64,000 bases of DNA from Bacilli bacterium (lineage in GTDB: Bacteria; Bacillota_I; Bacilli_A; RF39; UBA660), in NCBI GenBank assembly GCA_028691955.1, contig JAQUYH010000002.1:13012-77011 (forward strand), in the 5' to 3' direction. A model generated the notes under the pieces. It did not search any database. It had not been told where the DNA came from and saw only the letters and a program-made list of their open reading frames with translations. The first letter of the stretch is position 1, and every line of letters starts with the position of its first letter. The position numbers were made by a program, and so were the translations under genes. Positions 1-10,585 of the stretch are shown piece by piece.

Positions 1-1894
1 AACTTGCTAAAGCTCCATGAGTATCTCTATTATGCATAGGATTAGCCCCAGGAGCAAAAGGGGACCCTTTTATTCTTCCATCTGGTGTGCTACCCGTATT
101 TTTTCCATATACCACATTAGAGGTAATTGTAAGAATAGATAAGGTATGAATAGCATTTCTATAAAGTGGATGTTTTTTTAATTCCGAACTAAATAGTTTT
201 ACAACCTCAACTGCTATATTATCAACCTTATCATCATCATTACCAAACTTTGGAAATTCACCTTCTATATCAAAATCTAAAACAATACCATCTTCTCTTT
301 TGCACTTTACTTTAGCATACTTTATAGCAGACAAACTATCAACAACAACTGAAAGTCCCGCAATACCAAAAGCCATAAATCTACCAACTTCGGTATCATG
401 TAAAGCCATTTGACCTCTTTCATATGCATACTTATCGTGCATATAGTGAATTACATTCATAGCATCAACATAAGTTTTAGCTACCTTAGATACTACTAAC
501 TTAAATTGATTATAAACTTTATCATAATCTAAAACTTCATCATTAATTTTTTCAACACCATCAACAACAACTTTTTTAGTTATTTCATCTACTCCACCAT
601 TAATAGAATACAGAAGTGCTTTTGCTAAATTACATCTAGCTCCAAAAAACTGCATTTGTTTACCTATCTCCATAGCAGATACACAACAAGCAATACCATA
701 ATCAGATCCATAAATTGGCCTCATTAAATCATCATTTTCATATTGAATCGAATCAGTTAAAATAGATATTTCAGCACAATACTTTTTAAAATGTTCTGGT
801 AATCCTTCACTCCACAAAACAGTTAAATTAGGTTCTGGAGCAGATCCTAAATTAACCAAAGTATGAAGAAATCTAAAAGATGATTTCGTAACTAATGATC
901 TGTTTTTGTCAAGCATACCGCCTAAGCTTTCAGTAACCCATGTAGGATCACCTGCAAATAATTCATTATATTCAGGAGTTCTTAAATGACAAGCAAATCT
1001 TAATTTTAAAACAAACTGATCTACTAATTCTTGAATATCACTTTCGCTCATAGACCCATTTTTCAAATCTCTTTCAAAATAAATATCTAAGAAAGTGGAT
1101 GTTCTGCCAAGGCTCATAGCTGCACCATTGTTTTCTTTAATAGCAGCTAAATATCCAAAATATAACCATTGAACAGCTTCTTTAGAGTTGCTAGCAGGTT
1201 TACTTATATCAAAACCATACTTAGAAGCCATACTTTTGATTCCATCTAAAGCTCTAATTTGTTCACTTATTTCTTCTCTAAGTCTAATATCAGATTCATG
1301 AATAATACTAGTGTATTTTAATAAATCTTCCTTCTTTTTAGAAATTAAAAAATCAATTCCATATAAAGCAATTCTCCTATAATCTCCAATTATTCTTCCT
1401 CTACCATAAGCATCAGGTAACCCAGTGATTAAATGAGCACTTCTCGCTTTTCTAACATCATTTGTATACGCATCAAATACACCTTGATTATGCGTTTTTC
1501 TAAACATATTAAAATACTTTTCAACTTCCGGATTTAATTTGTAACCATAAGCTTCTAAACTATTTTCTACCATTCTAAATCCACCAAAAGGATTTACGAT
1601 TCTTTTTAAAGGTTTATCTGTTTGAAGTCCAAAAATAACCTCATTCTTTTTATCAACATAACCAGGATTAAAATTATCAATACCAGCTACTGTATCAACA
1701 TCTATATCTAATACACCTTTTTTTAGCTCTTCAAGTTTCAATTTGTTAAAAATATCAAGAACTTTAGATGTCTTTTCGGTAATAGAAACTAAAAAAGAGG
1801 CATCATCCTTATATTCTGTATAATTATTTTTTATAAAATCTTCAACATCAATATTTTGCTGCCAAAGATCTCCCTTAAAATTTTCCCACTGCAT
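1..1894 (-). CDS. pflB: formate C-acetyltransferase (pyruvate formate-lyase), N-terminal ~630 aa; C-terminus runs off the left window edge
   Basis: Reverse-strand translation begins [35 protein letters not shown] (classic PFL N-terminus). Near position 58 it reads [19 protein letters not shown], matching the PFL GARANPMHGRD region. SD AGGAGGA lies upstream of the ATG at 1892-1894. Absent from the ORF track only because it is truncated by the window edge. Confidence 0.85.
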   Translation of the reverse strand, partial: MQWENFKGDLWQQNIDVEDFIKNNYTEYKDDASFLVSITEKTSKVLDIFNKLKLEELKKGVLDIDVDTVAGIDNFNPGYVDKKNEVIFGLQTDKPLKRIVNPFGGFRMVENSLEAYGYKLNPEVEKYFNMFRKTHNQGVFDAYTNDVRKARSAHLITGLPDAYGRGRIIGDYRRIALYGIDFLISKKKEDLLKYTSIIHESDIRLREEISEQIRALDGIKSMASKYGFDISKPASNSKEAVQWLYFGYLAAIKENNGAAMSLGRTSTFLDIYFERDLKNGSMSESDIQELVDQFVLKLRFACHLRTPEYNELFAGDPTWVTESLGGMLDKNRSLVTKSSFRFLHTLVNLGSAPEPNLTVLWSEGLPEHFKKYCAEISILTDSIQYENDDLMRPIYGSDYGIACCVSAMEIGKQMQFFGARCNLAKALLYSINGGVDEITKKVVVDGVEKINDEVLDYDKVYNQFKLVVSKVAKTYVDAMNVIHYMHDKYAYERGQMALHDTEVGRFMAFGIAGLSVVVDSLSAIKYAKVKCKREDGIVLDFDIEGEFPKFGNDDDKVDNIAVEVVKLFSSELKKHPLYRNAIHTLSILTITSNVVYGKNTGSTPDGRIKGSPFAPGANPMHNRDTHGALAS

Positions 1895-1957
1895 AACTCA
1901 TCCTCCTATATTACAAATAAGAATTATAACATTTTTTCATAATAAACACAATACAAA

Positions 1958-3937
1958 TTAGCCTAAATCAGTTTCTTCTATTAAAAAGTTTTCTATTGCC
2001 TTATTTCCTAGATAATGATTACTTTTTAAATATTCTTCGCTATCTTCTTTTGCTTTGAGTAATATTTTATAGTCCCTTCTAATATCAGCAATCTTAAACA
2101 CCATATCTCCGCTTTGTCTAACCCCAAAAATATCTCCACCACCACGTAATATAAAATCTTCTTCACTTATTTTAAATCCATCATTAGTATTAGTTAAAAC
2201 ATTAAGGCGTTCCCTTTCAACATTACTTATTAAAATACAATAAGATTGTAAATCATTTCTACCAACTCTACCTCTTAATTGGTGCAAAGTAGATAATCCA
2301 AAACGATAACTATCAAAAATAACCATCATAGTTGCATTTTTAACATCAACTCCAACTTCAATAACAGTCGTACTAATTAAAATAGCAATTTTATTGTCTT
2401 TAAATCTATTCATAATCTCATCTTTTTCTTTACCACTCATTTTTCCATGAAGAATACCTATTTTACATATTTTACCAAAAGCTTGATTAAACTTTTCTTC
2501 TAAATCATAAACATTCTCCATATTTATTTTTTCACTTTCTTCAATGGATGGAGCGATAACATAAACTTGGTGATTTAATTTAATTTCGTTATGAATCCTC
2601 TGGAGAACTTCTCTCATCTCAGATTCATTTTTTAAAATAGTTATAACATCTTTTCTACCACTTGGCATAGTTTTGATATTAGAAACATCCATGTCACCAT
2701 ATAAAGTAAGCGCATAAGTTCTAGGAATTGGTGTAGCACTCATATAAAGTACATCAGGTAAAATTCCTTTATTTTTAAAATTAGTTCTTTCCCTAACACC
2801 GAAGCGATGCTGTTCATCAGTAATAACTAGTCCCAAATTATTGTACATAACATTATTAGTAAATAAAGCATGTGTACCAATCAAAACATCTATTTTATTT
2901 TCTAACAAATCAGCACAAATTTTCTTTTTTTCAGATGTCTTCATTTTACCAGTTAAAAGTCCTACATTAATTCCATAATTTTTAAATATTTTTAAAATGT
3001 TATTAAAGTGCTGAACAGCTAATATTTCAGTCGGAGCCATCAAAGCACTTTGATATCCTGCTAAATAATTAATATATATAGCAATAAAACTGACTATCGT
3101 TTTACCACTACCCACATCACCCTGTAAAAGTCTGTTCATTCTTTTACCACTTATTAAATCCTTATAAATATCATTAACTGCTTTAGTCTGATCCATAGTC
3201 AAGTTAAAAGGCAATGACATAACAAATTCATCAATATCTTTTCTTTTGACATTTCTACTAAGTCCAATCATATTCTTATTCATTTTTAAATAATTTATTT
3301 TAAGCATGAATAAAAATAATTCTTCATACTTTAAAGCAGCTCTCGCTTTATTTAATTTAACTATCGAGCTAGGATTATGAACCTCAATAATGCTTTCTCC
3401 TTTAGGTAACAAATTATATTTTTTATACAAATATTCTGGAATGATATTCTTTACCTCTATATTAGTTTTTCTAATCAAAATATTAATTTGTTTACTAGTA
3501 ATACCATATGTAGAATGATATATAGGAACAATTCTTGTTTCATTTCCAAGTAAAGATAATTCCATATTATTTGCCGTAACAAATTGATGTTTTAAATCAT
3601 ACTTTCCATAAACAGTAATAGGTGTTCCAATCTTAATCTTCGACTTTAAAAATCCTCTATTATATATAGCAACCCCTAAAATATTTCCTCCAATATTTAT
3701 TTTAAAAGACATTTTATTCATTTTTTTATTTATATAATAAACCACAGGCAATTTTTCACAATAACCATCTATTATAATATTATCCCCATCATTAAGCTCA
3801 TTAATAATACTTCTTTTAACAAGTTCATATCTAAAAGGATAATATGTAATTAAATCTATAGAGTTTTTTATGTTTAATTTTTCTAGCTGTTTGATAATTT
3901 TTTCATTAAATTTATTAAATTCCATAACTTCCTCCAT
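1958..3937 (-). CDS. recG: ATP-dependent DNA helicase RecG
   Basis: 659 aa. Wedge domain followed by DEAD/DEAH helicase motifs (GDVGSGKT, DEQHRFGV) and a C-terminal helicase domain. Confidence 0.9.
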   Translation of the reverse strand: MEEVMEFNKFNEKIIKQLEKLNIKNSIDLITYYPFRYELVKRSIINELNDGDNIIIDGYCEKLPVVYYINKKMNKMSFKINIGGNILGVAIYNRGFLKSKIKIGTPITVYGKYDLKHQFVTANNMELSLLGNETRIVPIYHSTYGITSKQINILIRKTNIEVKNIIPEYLYKKYNLLPKGESIIEVHNPSSIVKLNKARAALKYEELFLFMLKINYLKMNKNMIGLSRNVKRKDIDEFVMSLPFNLTMDQTKAVNDIYKDLISGKRMNRLLQGDVGSGKTIVSFIAIYINYLAGYQSALMAPTEILAVQHFNNILKIFKNYGINVGLLTGKMKTSEKKKICADLLENKIDVLIGTHALFTNNVMYNNLGLVITDEQHRFGVRERTNFKNKGILPDVLYMSATPIPRTYALTLYGDMDVSNIKTMPSGRKDVITILKNESEMREVLQRIHNEIKLNHQVYVIAPSIEESEKINMENVYDLEEKFNQAFGKICKIGILHGKMSGKEKDEIMNRFKDNKIAILISTTVIEVGVDVKNATMMVIFDSYRFGLSTLHQLRGRVGRNDLQSYCILISNVERERLNVLTNTNDGFKISEEDFILRGGGDIFGVRQSGDMVFKIADIRRDYKILLKAKEDSEEYLKSNHYLGNKAIENFLIEETDLG

Positions 3938-3984
3938 ATTGATTATATAATAGTTATATGCAAAAGTAAATACATTTGTTTGCT

Positions 3985-4024
3985 TAAAAACAAATAAAAA
4001 ACAGCTTACTCTGATAAAGTAAAC
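3985..4024 (-). terminator. candidate intrinsic terminator on minus strand (7-bp stem GUUUACU/AGUAAGC, 7-nt loop, then U-run) about 350 nt downstream of the ffh stop
   Basis: The minus-strand RNA reads GGUUUACUUUAUCAGAGUAAGCUGUUUUUUAUUUGUUUUU. It sits inside the 440-bp non-coding gap between recG and ffh. Confidence 0.35.
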
Positions 4025-4376
4025 CGTTTTAAGTTTCGAATAAAAATTTCGGCCATTATAACTTTCTATTTAATTAGAGTTAATTATAATAATTTTCTAA
4101 ATATTATCAGTACTTAGAAGAAATTTTTATTAGTGAGTTTTCTTTCTCACACACAATTGTGATTTAGAATTACTTAATAAAGAAATTCTTTTTGAGAATC
4201 ATAAATAAATTACAATATTGTGGAAGAGAAGTCACCCGATTAGAAATTAAAAATATTAACTTCTAATCTTTCATATAAATTTTTGATGAAATCAAATCAC
4301 AAATATCATATCTTTACTAAGTATCTAAAATATAACATATATTTTTTTAAAAATCAATACTTTTCTTTTATTTTCT

Positions 4377-5681
4377 TTAAAATTTAAAATTTTTATTTTT
4401 AAATTGTTTCATCATTACTTTCATTTGCTCAAATTGCTTCAATAATCTATTAACTTCTTCAACGCTTCTTCCAGAGCCCTTTGCTATTCTAATTTTTCTA
4501 CTAGCTTTCAAAATAGAAGGATCTTTCCTCTCCATAAAAGTCATAGACTTGATTATAGCTTCTACATGAGCCATCTGTTTAGGATCAATTTGAGCATTTT
4601 TAAGTTCTTTAGGAACACCAGGTAATAATTTAATAATATTTTCTAAAGGGCCCATTTTTTTAATTTGATTTAATTGATTTAAAAAATCCTCTAAATCAAA
4701 GTTTCCTTTGTTTAATTTCTTAGCAGCATTTAAAGCTTCATCTTGATCAATTACCGATTCAGCTTTTTCTACAATCGACATTATATCGCCCATGCCTAAA
4801 ATTCTAGTTGCCATGCGTTCAGGGAAGAATTCTTCAAGGCCATCTAACTTCTCACTTGTTCCCACGAACTTAATAGGAACATTAGTTAAATGCCTTACTG
4901 ATAAAGCAACTCCACCTTTAGTGTCACCATCTAACTTAGTTAATATAGCACCCGTTAGATTAAGTTTAGAATTAAAACCATTTATTACATTAATAGCATC
5001 CTGCCCCATCATACTATCAATCACTAATAAAATTTCATTAACATTAATAGCCTTTTCAATATCCTCTAACTCTTGCATTAAATTATCATCAATATGAAGA
5101 CGCCCTGCTGTATCAATCAAAACATAATCATACTTATTTTCTTTAGCAAAATCCATTGCCTTAATAGCTATATTAACAGGATTATCATCAATAGAAAATA
5201 CTGGTATATCTAACTCTTTTCCAAGTTGTTTCAATTGATCAATAGCAGCGGGTCTATATATATCACAAGCTACAAATAAAGGCTTTTTATGATACTTTTT
5301 TCTAAGTAAGTTTCCAAGCTTAGCAATAGTCGTTGTTTTACCACTACCTTGTAAACCAACAAGCATTAAAGTAGTAGGATTACCAGTCAAATAAATATCA
5401 GACTTTTCTTTGCCCAATAAATCTACTAATTCATCTTTTACAATCTTAACAAACATTTCAGCAGGCTTTAAAGATTTTTGTACTTCTTCACCCAAAGCTT
5501 TTTCTTTAACAGAGCTAATAAATTCTTTAATAACTTGATAATTAACATCAGCCTCTAATAAAGCAAGCCTAATTTCTCTAGTCATCTCACTAATATTATC
5601 TTCTGTAATCTTGCCATAACCCTTTATTTTATGCATAGCACTTTGTAATCTATCACTTAAATTTTCAAACATAATAATCAC
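4377..5681 (-). CDS. ffh: signal recognition particle protein Ffh (SRP54)
   Basis: 434 aa. SRP54 N domain, GTPase motifs GLQGSGKTTT and DTAGR, and a Met-rich M domain. Confidence 0.95.
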   Translation of the reverse strand: MIIMFENLSDRLQSAMHKIKGYGKITEDNISEMTREIRLALLEADVNYQVIKEFISSVKEKALGEEVQKSLKPAEMFVKIVKDELVDLLGKEKSDIYLTGNPTTLMLVGLQGSGKTTTIAKLGNLLRKKYHKKPLFVACDIYRPAAIDQLKQLGKELDIPVFSIDDNPVNIAIKAMDFAKENKYDYVLIDTAGRLHIDDNLMQELEDIEKAINVNEILLVIDSMMGQDAINVINGFNSKLNLTGAILTKLDGDTKGGVALSVRHLTNVPIKFVGTSEKLDGLEEFFPERMATRILGMGDIMSIVEKAESVIDQDEALNAAKKLNKGNFDLEDFLNQLNQIKKMGPLENIIKLLPGVPKELKNAQIDPKQMAHVEAIIKSMTFMERKDPSILKASRKIRIAKGSGRSVEEVNRLLKQFEQMKVMMKQFKNKNFKF

Positions 5682-5717
5682 CTCGTATATTATAACAAAT
5701 AAAATAAAAAAAGGCTA

Positions 5718-6956
5718 TTAACCTTTTAATACTTCTATAGCTTTACGCATTTTTAAATCATATTTAACCATGTCTAAGCCACCAAATAATTTTAAGAATT
5801 CATCTTTTTCCATTTGGTATTTCTTAGCGAGTTCTATAGCCTCTTTATCAGCATCTTCATCTGTTATTTCAACTTTTTCTGCTTTAGCTATCTCTTCTAA
5901 CATTAATCTAAACTTTACTCTAAGCTCTGCTTCGCTTTTCATTTGTTCTTTTAAAGCATCTTCATTAGAATTAGTAAATTGATAAAATTGTTCTAAAGTA
6001 AGACCTTGCATACTTAAATTTTGCTTATATTGATTAATCATTCTATTTGTTTCATCATTAATCATAGCTTGTGGAATATTAACTTCCGTATTCTTTGCTG
6101 CAGCTTCAAGTAAATTATCAATATATTTGTTTTCAGCATCAGCTTCTTTTTTAGTTTTAATATTCTCTTTTACTTGAGCTTCTAACTTTTCAAGAGTATC
6201 AATACCTTCCATACCTAAATCTTCAAAAAATTCTTTTCCAACTTCAGGTATAACTGTAGTTTTAACTTCATGAATTTTAACTTTAAAAGTTGCTTTTGCT
6301 CCTTTTAAACTAGCTTCATGATAATCCTCTGGAAAAGTAACCTCAACTTCTTTTTCTTCATCCTTACTTAAACCAATAAGTTGATCTTCAAATCCAGGAA
6401 TAAAAGAATTAGAACCAAGCTCTAAAGAATAATTTTCGGCCTTACCACCATCAAAAGCTACGCCATCTTTAAATCCTTCAAAGTCCATAACAACAGTATC
6501 GCCTTTTGCTGCAGCACCATCTTTTACAATACTTTCAGCATAATGACTTCTCATATGTTCTATTTCATGATCTACTTCTTCTTTAGTTACTTTAACAGTC
6601 TCTTTTTTAACTCCTAAACCTTTATACTTACCTAACTTAACTTCAGGCTTTAAAGTTAATTTAAAATTAAACTCAATATGAGTCTCATCTACACTCTTAA
6701 CAGTCATATCAGGTTGAGCTACTAACTCTAAATCTTTATTATCTTCTAACATTTTTTTATAAGCAGCATCTATTACTAAATCAGCGGCTTCCATATATAA
6801 AGATTCAACACCATATTTCTTTAAAAAAACTTCTTTAGGTGCCTTACCAGGTCTAAAACCATCAATTTTAGCTTTCTTGTTTGCTTTATCAAAAGCTTTA
6901 TCCAAAGCTTCTTTCCATTCTTTTCCTTCTATTTTTACTATTACATCTTTTTCCAT
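5718..6956 (-). CDS. tig: trigger factor
   Basis: 412 aa. N-terminal ribosome-binding region with GFRPGKAPK, a central FKBP-type PPIase and a C-terminal arm domain. Confidence 0.9.
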   Translation of the reverse strand: MEKDVIVKIEGKEWKEALDKAFDKANKKAKIDGFRPGKAPKEVFLKKYGVESLYMEAADLVIDAAYKKMLEDNKDLELVAQPDMTVKSVDETHIEFNFKLTLKPEVKLGKYKGLGVKKETVKVTKEEVDHEIEHMRSHYAESIVKDGAAAKGDTVVMDFEGFKDGVAFDGGKAENYSLELGSNSFIPGFEDQLIGLSKDEEKEVEVTFPEDYHEASLKGAKATFKVKIHEVKTTVIPEVGKEFFEDLGMEGIDTLEKLEAQVKENIKTKKEADAENKYIDNLLEAAAKNTEVNIPQAMINDETNRMINQYKQNLSMQGLTLEQFYQFTNSNEDALKEQMKSEAELRVKFRLMLEEIAKAEKVEITDEDADKEAIELAKKYQMEKDEFLKLFGGLDMVKYDLKMRKAIEVLKG

Positions 6957-7052
6957 TCAAATCCTCCTAAACACTTTTAATAGTATATATTATTTTTATT
7001 CTTTTTACAAGTTTTTTAATAAAAAAAGCAACTATGCATTGCATAACTGCAT

Positions 7053-7538
7053 TTAAAATATTCTAACAACTTTTACAGCATACTTTCCGTTTGGACTCTC
7101 AACATCTGCAACATCTCCAACACATAAACCAATTATTGCTCTAGCAATTGGAGACTCATTAGATATTTTATTATTAAATGGGTCAGCTTCATTAGACCCA
7201 ACTATAGAATAAACTTCTTTATCTTTATCTTCGACATATTCTATTTCAACATTATTTCCAATACTTACTTTATCAGTCTTAACATCTGCAATTATAACAG
7301 CATTACCTATAATAGCTTCTAATTCCGCAATTCTTGATTCTACTTGTGCTTGTTCACCTCTTGCTGCATCATATTCTGCATTTTCAGACAAATCGCCAAG
7401 AGCTCTGGCTTCCTTTAAAGCTGTAATAATCTCTTCTCTTTTAACAGATTTTAAATAATCCAATTCTTCTTTTAATTTATTCAAACCCTCATTTGTTAAA
7501 TAAACTTCTTTATTTGACACAATAATCACCTCATTCAT
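7053..7538 (-). CDS. greA: transcription elongation factor GreA
   Basis: 161 aa. Coiled-coil N-domain (LGDLSENAEYDAA) and FKBP-like C-domain. Confidence 0.9.
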   Translation of the reverse strand: MNEVIIVSNKEVYLTNEGLNKLKEELDYLKSVKREEIITALKEARALGDLSENAEYDAARGEQAQVESRIAELEAIIGNAVIIADVKTDKVSIGNNVEIEYVEDKDKEVYSIVGSNEADPFNNKISNESPIARAIIGLCVGDVADVESPNGKYAVKVVRIF

Positions 7539-7593
7539 TGAAATCTACAAAATAATACTACATTATATTTTATTTGTCAAATCATTTTTGACA

Positions 7594-8790
7594 CTATTTT
7601 TTAATACGCATTAAATCAAAAACATTTACTTTTTCATCCATTTTAATATAAACAATCTGTTGTGGATGGTTAACAATATCAATCAAATTATTATCTTCAT
7701 CATAAATTTCTTTAATAACAAGCTCTTTTATTCCCGTTAAAGGGCCAAATATTTCTACAATATCAAACTTTTTAAAATGATTACGCTGTTCAACTTTAGC
7801 TAGTTTTGTCTTTTCATCATAAGACAAGATAACACCTAAAAAGTCTTGATTAGAAACTTCTTCTCTACCATTATAGTATTGACATTTTTCACTAAAATCA
7901 CCATTAAAGAATTGTGGTATAGAATCTCTATTAGAACAGTTATCTAATATCTTTTGCAAATTTTCATCGTATGCATAGTTTAAAGAATCAGTGCAAAAAT
8001 CATCTATCACCTTACGGTATACACTTAAAACCGTTGCAATATAATAAATAGATCTCATTCTTCCTTCTATTTTAAAACTAGTAATACCAGCATCAATCAT
8101 TTCAGGAATATATTCAAGCATGGATAAATCTTTACTACTTAAAGTAAATGGTTTTTCACCAATTAACTTATTCTTATTCTTATCTAATAAATCAAAATCC
8201 CATCTACATATTTGAGCACACCCACCACGGTTAGCATCACGTGCTGTCAAAAAATTTGATAAAACGCATCTTCCACTATAAGCAGAGCACATTGCTCCAT
8301 GTATAAAACATTCTACTTCAATACTTGTTTTAGCTATTATTTCTTTTATTTCCTTACCAGAAGCTTCCCTTGCTAAAACTATTCTTGTTACATTGTGCTT
8401 TTTCCAAAAATTAACAGCCTCATAATTAATAGTAGACTGCTGCGTTGATAAATGTATCTCTAAATTAGTATATTTATTAACTAAATTAATAACCGCAGGA
8501 TCACTTACAATAACAGCATCTACTCCATATTTTTCTAAATTTTTTAAATAATTTATCAAATCATCCAATTCTTTATTGTGAAGAGAAATGTTAACTGTTA
8601 CATATATTCTTTTTTTTCTATCATGAGCAAAACTAGAAGCCTCTTTTATATCTTCCATACTAAAATTAGCAGCATTTGCTCTAAGACCAAAAGCAGGCCC
8701 TCCAAAATAAACAGCATCTGCTCCATAATTAATAGCCCACTTTAATCTTTCTAAATCGCCTGCTGGCGCAAGTAATTCTGGCTTTCTCAT
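7594..8790 (-). CDS. peptidase U32 family protein (YrrO/TrhP/RlhA-type, RNA hydroxylation-associated)
   Basis: 398 aa. N-terminal MRKPELLAPAGDLERLKWAINYGADAVYFGG is the canonical U32 start. Overlaps the next U32 gene by 4 nt. Confidence 0.8.
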   Translation of the reverse strand: MRKPELLAPAGDLERLKWAINYGADAVYFGGPAFGLRANAANFSMEDIKEASSFAHDRKKRIYVTVNISLHNKELDDLINYLKNLEKYGVDAVIVSDPAVINLVNKYTNLEIHLSTQQSTINYEAVNFWKKHNVTRIVLAREASGKEIKEIIAKTSIEVECFIHGAMCSAYSGRCVLSNFLTARDANRGGCAQICRWDFDLLDKNKNKLIGEKPFTLSSKDLSMLEYIPEMIDAGITSFKIEGRMRSIYYIATVLSVYRKVIDDFCTDSLNYAYDENLQKILDNCSNRDSIPQFFNGDFSEKCQYYNGREEVSNQDFLGVILSYDEKTKLAKVEQRNHFKKFDIVEIFGPLTGIKELVIKEIYDEDNNLIDIVNHPQQIVYIKMDEKVNVFDLMRIKK

Positions 8791-9635
8791 TTTATCACCT
8801 TATATATTGTTTCTAAATGAAAGAATCCCTTATTTACATTATCAAACATCTTATTAATCTCATTTTCCAAAACAAGCACATTACCTTCGTTAACTTCTCT
8901 AAACATGCTAATAACTTTTAATAATCTATCATCATCAATATTAAAGCTATTAATAACCATATAATCAGCCGCCATATTTAACGATTCTCTAAGTCCATTT
9001 AAAATATATGAAGAAAAAATAGTCGTATTTTCGCCACTTAAAATAGGATAGTCCTTACCCTCTTTGGACATATAATTAATGCCTAACTCATCCTCTATTT
9101 TAAAAGTTTTTAGGTAGTTTTCTACTACTGGTCTTAAACTAGTAAACATTGGAATATAACCAAACACATTAACCATTAATCCCATTTTAGTGTTCTTACT
9201 TATTTCATTTATCTCATCAAGTGTTATCTCACTAGATAAATAAGCATATTTAACACCTTCTTCGTACCAAAAATTACAAGTAGAATAATTAGTTACTAAA
9301 TGCTCCTGAGACCAAACTAAATTCTTTTTTAAGCCTAACTCTTGTTTTAAATTTACCAAAGCAATATCGTAATATAAAATACCCTCAACATCCATTTTTT
9401 CTAATTCTAATAGAGTGTCTTTTAAACTTTCAATCTCACCATTATGCATATTCTTATTTAATGATATAAAAAGTTCCTTCTTAGTTATTCTTCTTATTTC
9501 ATATAAATTTTCCATAGAAAAATAACTTTCATAATTAACAGCTAAGCGTTCGATTGGTATAATAAAAGCATCAACCAGATCTTTAAACTTATTAATTTGT
9601 TCTATACTTTTAGCTACTAAAACAATCTTTTTCAT
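8787..9635 (-). CDS. second U32-family protein (YrrN-like partner)
   Basis: 282 aa, translationally coupled to the downstream U32 gene. U32 proteins typically occur as such pairs (B. subtilis yrrN-yrrO). Confidence 0.65.
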   Translation of the reverse strand: MKKIVLVAKSIEQINKFKDLVDAFIIPIERLAVNYESYFSMENLYEIRRITKKELFISLNKNMHNGEIESLKDTLLELEKMDVEGILYYDIALVNLKQELGLKKNLVWSQEHLVTNYSTCNFWYEEGVKYAYLSSEITLDEINEISKNTKMGLMVNVFGYIPMFTSLRPVVENYLKTFKIEDELGINYMSKEGKDYPILSGENTTIFSSYILNGLRESLNMAADYMVINSFNIDDDRLLKVISMFREVNEGNVLVLENEINKMFDNVNKGFFHLETIYKVIK

Positions 9636-9667
9636 AAATTCCTTTCCAGTTAAAAAAACTAGCTTAT

Positions 9668-10585
9668 CTAGTTTTTTTCTCTAACTATATAAATAGGTCT
9701 ATTCTTTGACTCTAGAAACAACTTAGATAAGTATATACTAACTATTCCTGTAAATACAAAAGATAAACCAAAGCAATTAATTATAATAGTCAATAAAATT
9801 AATGTAGAACTAAATCCAACAAAAAACATAGTAATTAATATTATAAAAGAAATTAGTATAAAAAGCAAACCCATAAGAATTGAAATAGATAAAGGAGCAA
9901 CTGAAAACGATACAATACCTTCAACAGCATACAAAAATAATTTCCAAAAACTCCACTTAGTAGTTCCTGCTACTCTTTCAATATTCTCATATTCTAGCCA
10001 CTTAGTTTTAAATCCAACAAAACTAAATATCCCCTTTGAATACCTATTACATTCTTTTAAAGATAATATAGCATCTACTACACACCTTTTCATTAATCTA
10101 AAATCTCTTGCTCCATCTACCATTTCTACTTTAGATATTTTATTAATTATTCTATAAAACATTCTAGCAAAAAAGCTTCTGATTTTAGGTTCACCTTTTC
10201 TTGTAACTCTTCTTGTTCCAACACAATCAAAATCCTCTGTTTTTAATATATCATACATCACAGGAAGTAAACTAGGTGGATCTTGTAAGTCAGCATCCAT
10301 TGGCGCGATGTAATCACCAGCAGCTTCTTCAAGACCAGCAAGCATAGCTGCTTCTTTACCAAAATTTCTAGAAAAAGATATATATTTTACTTTATCATCT
10401 TTAATACTTTTTAGTATTTCTAAAGTTTTATCTTTACTACCATCATCAACAAAAATAATCTCATACTTTAATTTCATATTTTCTAAAGTTTCTTTAATTA
10501 CTTTATAAAAAATAGGAATAGCCGCTTCTTCATTATAACAAGGTACAACAATACTTAATTTTTCCATAATATTCCTTTCAACCAT
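9668..10585 (-). CDS. GT2 family glycosyltransferase, polyprenyl-phosphate sugar synthase type (GtrB/CsbB/YkcC-like) with C-terminal TM helices
   Basis: 305 aa. LSIVVPCYNEE and DADLQDP motifs, two C-terminal hydrophobic helices. Overlaps the upstream membrane-protein gene by 31 nt. Confidence 0.8.
   Translation of the reverse strand: MVERNIMEKLSIVVPCYNEEAAIPIFYKVIKETLENMKLKYEIIFVDDGSKDKTLEILKSIKDDKVKYISFSRNFGKEAAMLAGLEEAAGDYIAPMDADLQDPPSLLPVMYDILKTEDFDCVGTRRVTRKGEPKIRSFFARMFYRIINKISKVEMVDGARDFRLMKRCVVDAILSLKECNRYSKGIFSFVGFKTKWLEYENIERVAGTTKWSFWKLFLYAVEGIVSFSVAPLSISILMGLLFILISFIILITMFFVGFSSTLILLTIIINCFGLSFVFTGIVSIYLSKLFLESKNRPIYIVREKN

Noticed and set aside
4152-4161. 10-bp perfect palindrome CACAATTGTG with flanking TCACA...TGTGA in the ffh-recG spacer
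   Set aside because: Its orientation is the inverse of the CRP-type TGTGA-N6-TCACA site. A short palindrome is expected by chance in 64 kb. No partner site was found.
3938-4376. Possibility that the ffh-upstream gap encodes SRP RNA (ffs/scRNA)
   Set aside because: No GGAA-tetraloop domain-IV-like motif or GC-rich helices are recognisable by eye. ffs is usually not linked to ffh.
4792-5097. Plus-strand ORFs inside ffh, tig, dnaG, rnfC, ribosomal genes and others (for example 4792..5097, 5770..5982, 18714..18920, 19469..19696, 47548..47886, 55387..55572, 60068..60286, 62080..62271)
   Set aside because: They are antisense to well-supported conserved genes, have low-complexity S/L/F-rich translations typical of AT-rich antisense frames, and have no SD.
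5700-5717. Weak AAAGG/CCTTT hairpin after tig
   Set aside because: The stem is only 4-5 bp and ffh follows immediately in the same orientation. It is more likely read-through than a functional terminator.
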